Below, in pieces: positions 39,304-42,972 of a stretch of DNA of 42,972 nucleotides (its first letter is position 1; the number at the start of each line of letters is the position of its first letter). The translations under genes and the position numbers were made by a program. The DNA lies in the NCBI GenBank assembly GCA_943704425.1, contig CALSCP010002825.1, forward strand, positions 1 to 42,972, read 5' to 3'. The DNA comes from Ministeria vibrans ATCC 50519 (lineage: Eukaryota; Protista; Filasterea). The notes below the pieces were generated by a model that was given only the letters and a program-made list of their open reading frames with translations, searched no databases and had not been told where the DNA came from.

Positions 39304-41575
39304 TCAACGAGCGCCCGCCAAGGTCATGTCAAGCATTCCCATAAGCTCGTGCATCTGACGCTGCAGCACAATCTCCTCGTCAATCTTGCGCTGAAGCTTC
39401 ACCAGCAGCTCATCAATCTTCATCGAATGGCCCACCATCGACGCATATATGTCTATAGGGTTATGGTTAGTCTCTCTCTATCACTTTGTTTCTCTCTATC
39501 ACTTTTGCTTCTCTCTCTCTCTATCACTTTGTTCTCTCTATCACTTTGTTTCTCTCTCTCTCTATCACTTTGTTTTTTTTTTTTCTCTCTCTCTCAAACT
39601 CTCTCTCTATCTTACCAAAGACACAGTTTGAAACATGAATAAGCGTATCGGCAAAGCGCGGGTTCGCAATGTGCTTCACGAGAAAGTGAAGCAGTGGCAC
39701 AAGCTGGGCCGTATCGCGACCCGTCAGCGCCAATTTCAGTGCGCCTCTACGGATAATCTCATCGAGCACCGACACAACCACAACTGGCTTCTCCGGTTGC
39801 TTCTGCTTCTCTTGCAACGACGGCTCCTCTTCCTCCGCCTCAGACTCGGTCGCTGCGTCGCTCTGTGTCGCTCTCTTGCGCTTCTTCTCCGCCTCTTCTT
39901 CCGCTGCGCTGCTCGTGCGTCCCTTCCGCTCAATATTCAACACCGAATCCAACGCATTGCCATACTGAAAGCGTTTCAGAAACACATCAAACTTGCGCAG
40001 CTTGAGCTTCTTCTTGCCCTTGCCCCCGCCACCCACCACCGTCACCTCATCGTCGTGTGCGCGATACGACTTGCCCCGCACAAAGTACCGGTACGTCCCG
40101 GTGCGCAGTCGCCGCTGCGTCAGCCCTCCCGTGTCACTTGTCTTCTTCCCGCCTGCACTAGCACTGCTGCCAAACACTGAGTGAATTGCCGCTGAGATGG
40201 TCCCTACAACACAAACAACCAAACAGAATAGAATCATATTAAGACGTATTATTAGTGTTACGTCTCACACACGCACGCACACTCACTCACTCACTCACCT
40301 GCTTTATGGAGGGGCTGTGCAAAGGAGTCTGCGTGGTGCTGGGCACGGTGGCGCATGGAAAGCAAGCCGGTGGTCATGCCAGCAAAGAGATGGGCGTCGT
40401 CGTTGCTGAGGGCAACGGAGAGAACCGGTGCAGCGTACGTGAACGAATGGCACACGCGAAAGTCGGTTGTGTCGTACACCTTGACGTGTCGGTCAAGCGA
40501 GCCTGTGAGCACCCGACGTGCCGTCGAGTCGATTGCCAGCGATGTGATCGCCTTGTGGTGGTTCGAGCACATTTGTAAGAGTCGTCCGCCTCCCAGAATG
40601 TCCCACACCTTGAGTGTGTCGCCGCCCGCCGACAGCACAATGCCACCACCCGGCAACGACAAGACCGCCTCCACCGGCGCCCCATGGTCCAGCTGCATCA
40701 CCGCACCGCCGCTGGCCGCACGCACGTCCCACAGACGCACCGTGTGGTCGTATCCGCCGCTGACAAACATGTCACCAACGTCGTCGTGGACAGCACCACA
40801 TCGCACATAGTCCTGATGGCCCTCCATCAACGCAGTCTCCTGGCCCGACGTAATGTCCCACGCACGCACCGTCGCATCATCAGCACACGAAAACAGGCGT
40901 GTCGCAAGTGAACCACGCGCCCAACGAGCAACGTGCGCCGCACGCGTGTGTCCCTCGAGCTTGCGCAGCGAAGTTTTGCTGTCGATATCAAACACCTTTG
41001 ATAATACAATACAATACAATACACAGGTCGTCAAAAAAATAATAATAAGAAAATATATAAGAAATAAAATAAAATAAAAACAAGTTCGCATAGTGATCCT
41101 ACACCGCTGCGACGTACCTGAACAACAGAGTCTTCGGACCCGGCGGCGAGCAGGCGGCCGTCGTCGCGCAGTACGCCACTGTAAGCAGTTTCGCGAAAAC
41201 GCGAAAGGGTCTTCTTCACCTGGCTGGTTTTCGACGAGTACACATGCACACGGAGACCCGATGTAACGACAAAGTCATAGGGAGACGCTAGAATGCGCGG
41301 AGGAGAATGGAGAGAGCAGAGGAGAGTCAACGGATTTTTTTCAGCACGAGGAACACTGTCAGAGCACAACGCACAACGAATCGACCACGTTGTGCGGGCA
41401 CAGCGGACGACAACGGTGCAACAGGCATACCTGCACACGGCGTGACGCTTGTGACGGCCCCCAGTTCGCGTGCAATGACGGGAAACTTGAAGCGCTTCCA
41501 GTAGCGCGTTTCGCCGGTGACGCGACGCGTCAAACGCGGGTACCGACGGATCGTCGTCGGCTCGTACGTCGACAT
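39304..41575 (-). CDS. UTP15: U3 snoRNA-associated protein 15 (WD40 plus UTP15_C)
   Basis: N-terminal ETRYWKRFKFP; SRFRETAYSG…DGRLLAAG; HQDYVRCG; DHGAPVEAV; NHHKAITSL; C-domain LKRFQYGNALD, ALTGRD and IANPRF. Confidence 0.95.
39470..39610. repeat. Intronic minisatellite (CT)nATCACTTTGTT in UTP15
   Basis: About five copies; same core as the 8505-8925 array on the opposite strand. Confidence 0.9.
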
Positions 41576-41824
41576 ACTCTGTGGCGGCTGGGAAACAAAA
41601 ACTGATCCAACTGACAATGAAGTGACAAGTGACAAGTGGAGTCACCAGTGTTGCAGAGGATGAGTAGACTGAAAGCGTCGATCAGTGTGTGTGACTCATC
41701 TTTCAGATTATGAAAATAATCAAAAATTCACTCGATTGTTGTGAACTCTACGACTAACGACTTACGTCTCCATCCTGAAGGCGGTACTCTCAAGTCGCAC
41801 ACCATCAGACTCGTTGAAACAAAC

Positions 41825-42777
41825 ATGAGTGGTACATCTTCCTTCTTCTCGTTCCTCTTCTCATTCCCCCTCTCAATCGACAATGCACTGACCCCTCCAC
41901 CCACCCACCCACCCCCACCCTCGCTGCAGAGCTGACCAATGTGTGTCCCGAGTGCAATAAGGTCACAAACAAAATATGAACTTTCTGACACGCCGGAGCC
42001 GCATCAGCGCCGTCCATTGCCAGAATGCCTTGGGAGTGGTCCCGTAGGCCGCGTCCATGCCGCCGCTGCGGCTTCCATGCGCTCTCCTAGCAACGGTGCT
42101 TGTTTGTGTCTTCTTCACCAAACTTGGTTTTTTTTTTCTCTCGCTTAGGAGACTGATGAAGTGACAAGCCACATCACGAGCGACGGTACACACTACCACC
42201 TTGACTGCTTTAGTTGTCACGTAAGTTGAAAAGCCCTCAAAGTCCCTCCTTTCCCCTATTTTTGCAGTGATGACGGTTTTTCTCTTTTTTTTTTTGCTTT
42301 CCCAACCGCCACACTCCCACTCTGCTCTCGCGCCGCCATCCGCCCTTTGTGGTTTGGCCTTGTGTACCTAAATTTCACTTGCGCCGGAAGACGCGGCGCT
42401 TCCGTGTGCGGATGTTTGAAAGTTCGCATTATTCACATTCTTCATCTTGTAGGTTTGTCGCAAATATCTCGGCAAGGAGTTCTTTCGGGATCCCAAGCAC
42501 AACCGGCTTGTGTGCAAGCGCTGTCTGCACATCCACATGACCTCAAACTCAGAGGGTATGCCCTAGTAATGACTAGAGTCTCTCTCTCACTCCACATTCT
42601 CTCTCTCTCTATCACTTTGTTCTCTCTCTCTCTCTCTATCACTTTGTTCTCTCTCTCTCTCTATCACTTTGTTCTCTCTCTCTCTCTATCACTTTGTTCC
42701 CTCTCTCTCTATCACTTTGTTCTCTCTCTCTCTATCACTTTGTTCTCTCTCTCTCTCTATCACTTTGTTTCTTTCTC

Positions 42778-42810
<33 letters not shown>

Positions 42811-42906
42811 GCTATCTTTCTTGACTCAGCCAAACCTGCGTATGTGCCGTCCATTCCAAACATTACGGCGCAGATTGAGCGCACCAAGTGTGCCAAGTGC
42901 AGCAAG
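41825..42906 (+). CDS. LIM-domain protein, 3' partial
   Basis: Exons 41825-41831, 41930-41961, 42149-42220, 42453-42555 and 42830-42906 splice to MSELTNVCPECNKETDEVTSHITSDGTHYHLDCFSCHVCRKYLGKEFFRDPKHNRLVCKRC (a full LIM consensus), then the start of a second finger CAKCSK. This gene is not visible in the ORF track. Confidence 0.85.
42598..42812. repeat. Intronic minisatellite (CT)nATCACTTTGTT in the LIM gene
   Basis: About seven tandem copies. Confidence 0.93.
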
Positions 42907-42972
42907 GTACGCACGAAGAACAGAGGCGAGACAGACTAAGTCTCAACTCACTCGTCTTTACTCTCCCCCCCC

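Noticed and set aside
42830-42906. CAKCSK as the start of a DTW-domain protein
   Set aside because: Upstream exons assemble a complete LIM domain in frame, so this is better explained as a second LIM finger.

Overview
Intron-containing genomic DNA from a compact eukaryotic genome, probably a unicellular holozoan or close relative (metazoan-type HRDVAARN receptor tyrosine kinase, WASH complex, short GT-AG introns). There are two assembly gaps (5085-5782, 9317-9326). Genes in order: unknown secreted protein (partial, -); WASHC2/FAM21 (-); a SIRT6/7-like sirtuin lacking the zinc domain and fused to two tandem beta-barrel-like repeats (+); a START-domain gene (-) whose first exon lies 6.8 kb from the rest; between those exons, a block with non-LTR retrotransposon fragments joined by TTAGGG telomeric repeats, a decayed ORF, a 2'-5' oligoadenylate synthetase (OAS)-like nucleotidyltransferase (-), a CgeB-like glycosyltransferase (-), a secreted EEP nuclease/phosphatase (+) and an orphan BMS1-like last exon (-); a ~2750-aa EGF/pentraxin receptor tyrosine kinase (+); a doublecortin-like kinase (+); eIF5B (-); a PNRC/Edc1-motif protein (+); an MRM1-like SpoU methyltransferase (-); a DUF547 protein (-); UTP15 (-); and a LIM-domain gene (partial, +). 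The main leads are the OAS-containing, subtelomere-like block (either a real nested island or a mis-join) and the zinc-less sirtuin. All family calls come from motifs recognised by eye; no database searches were run.
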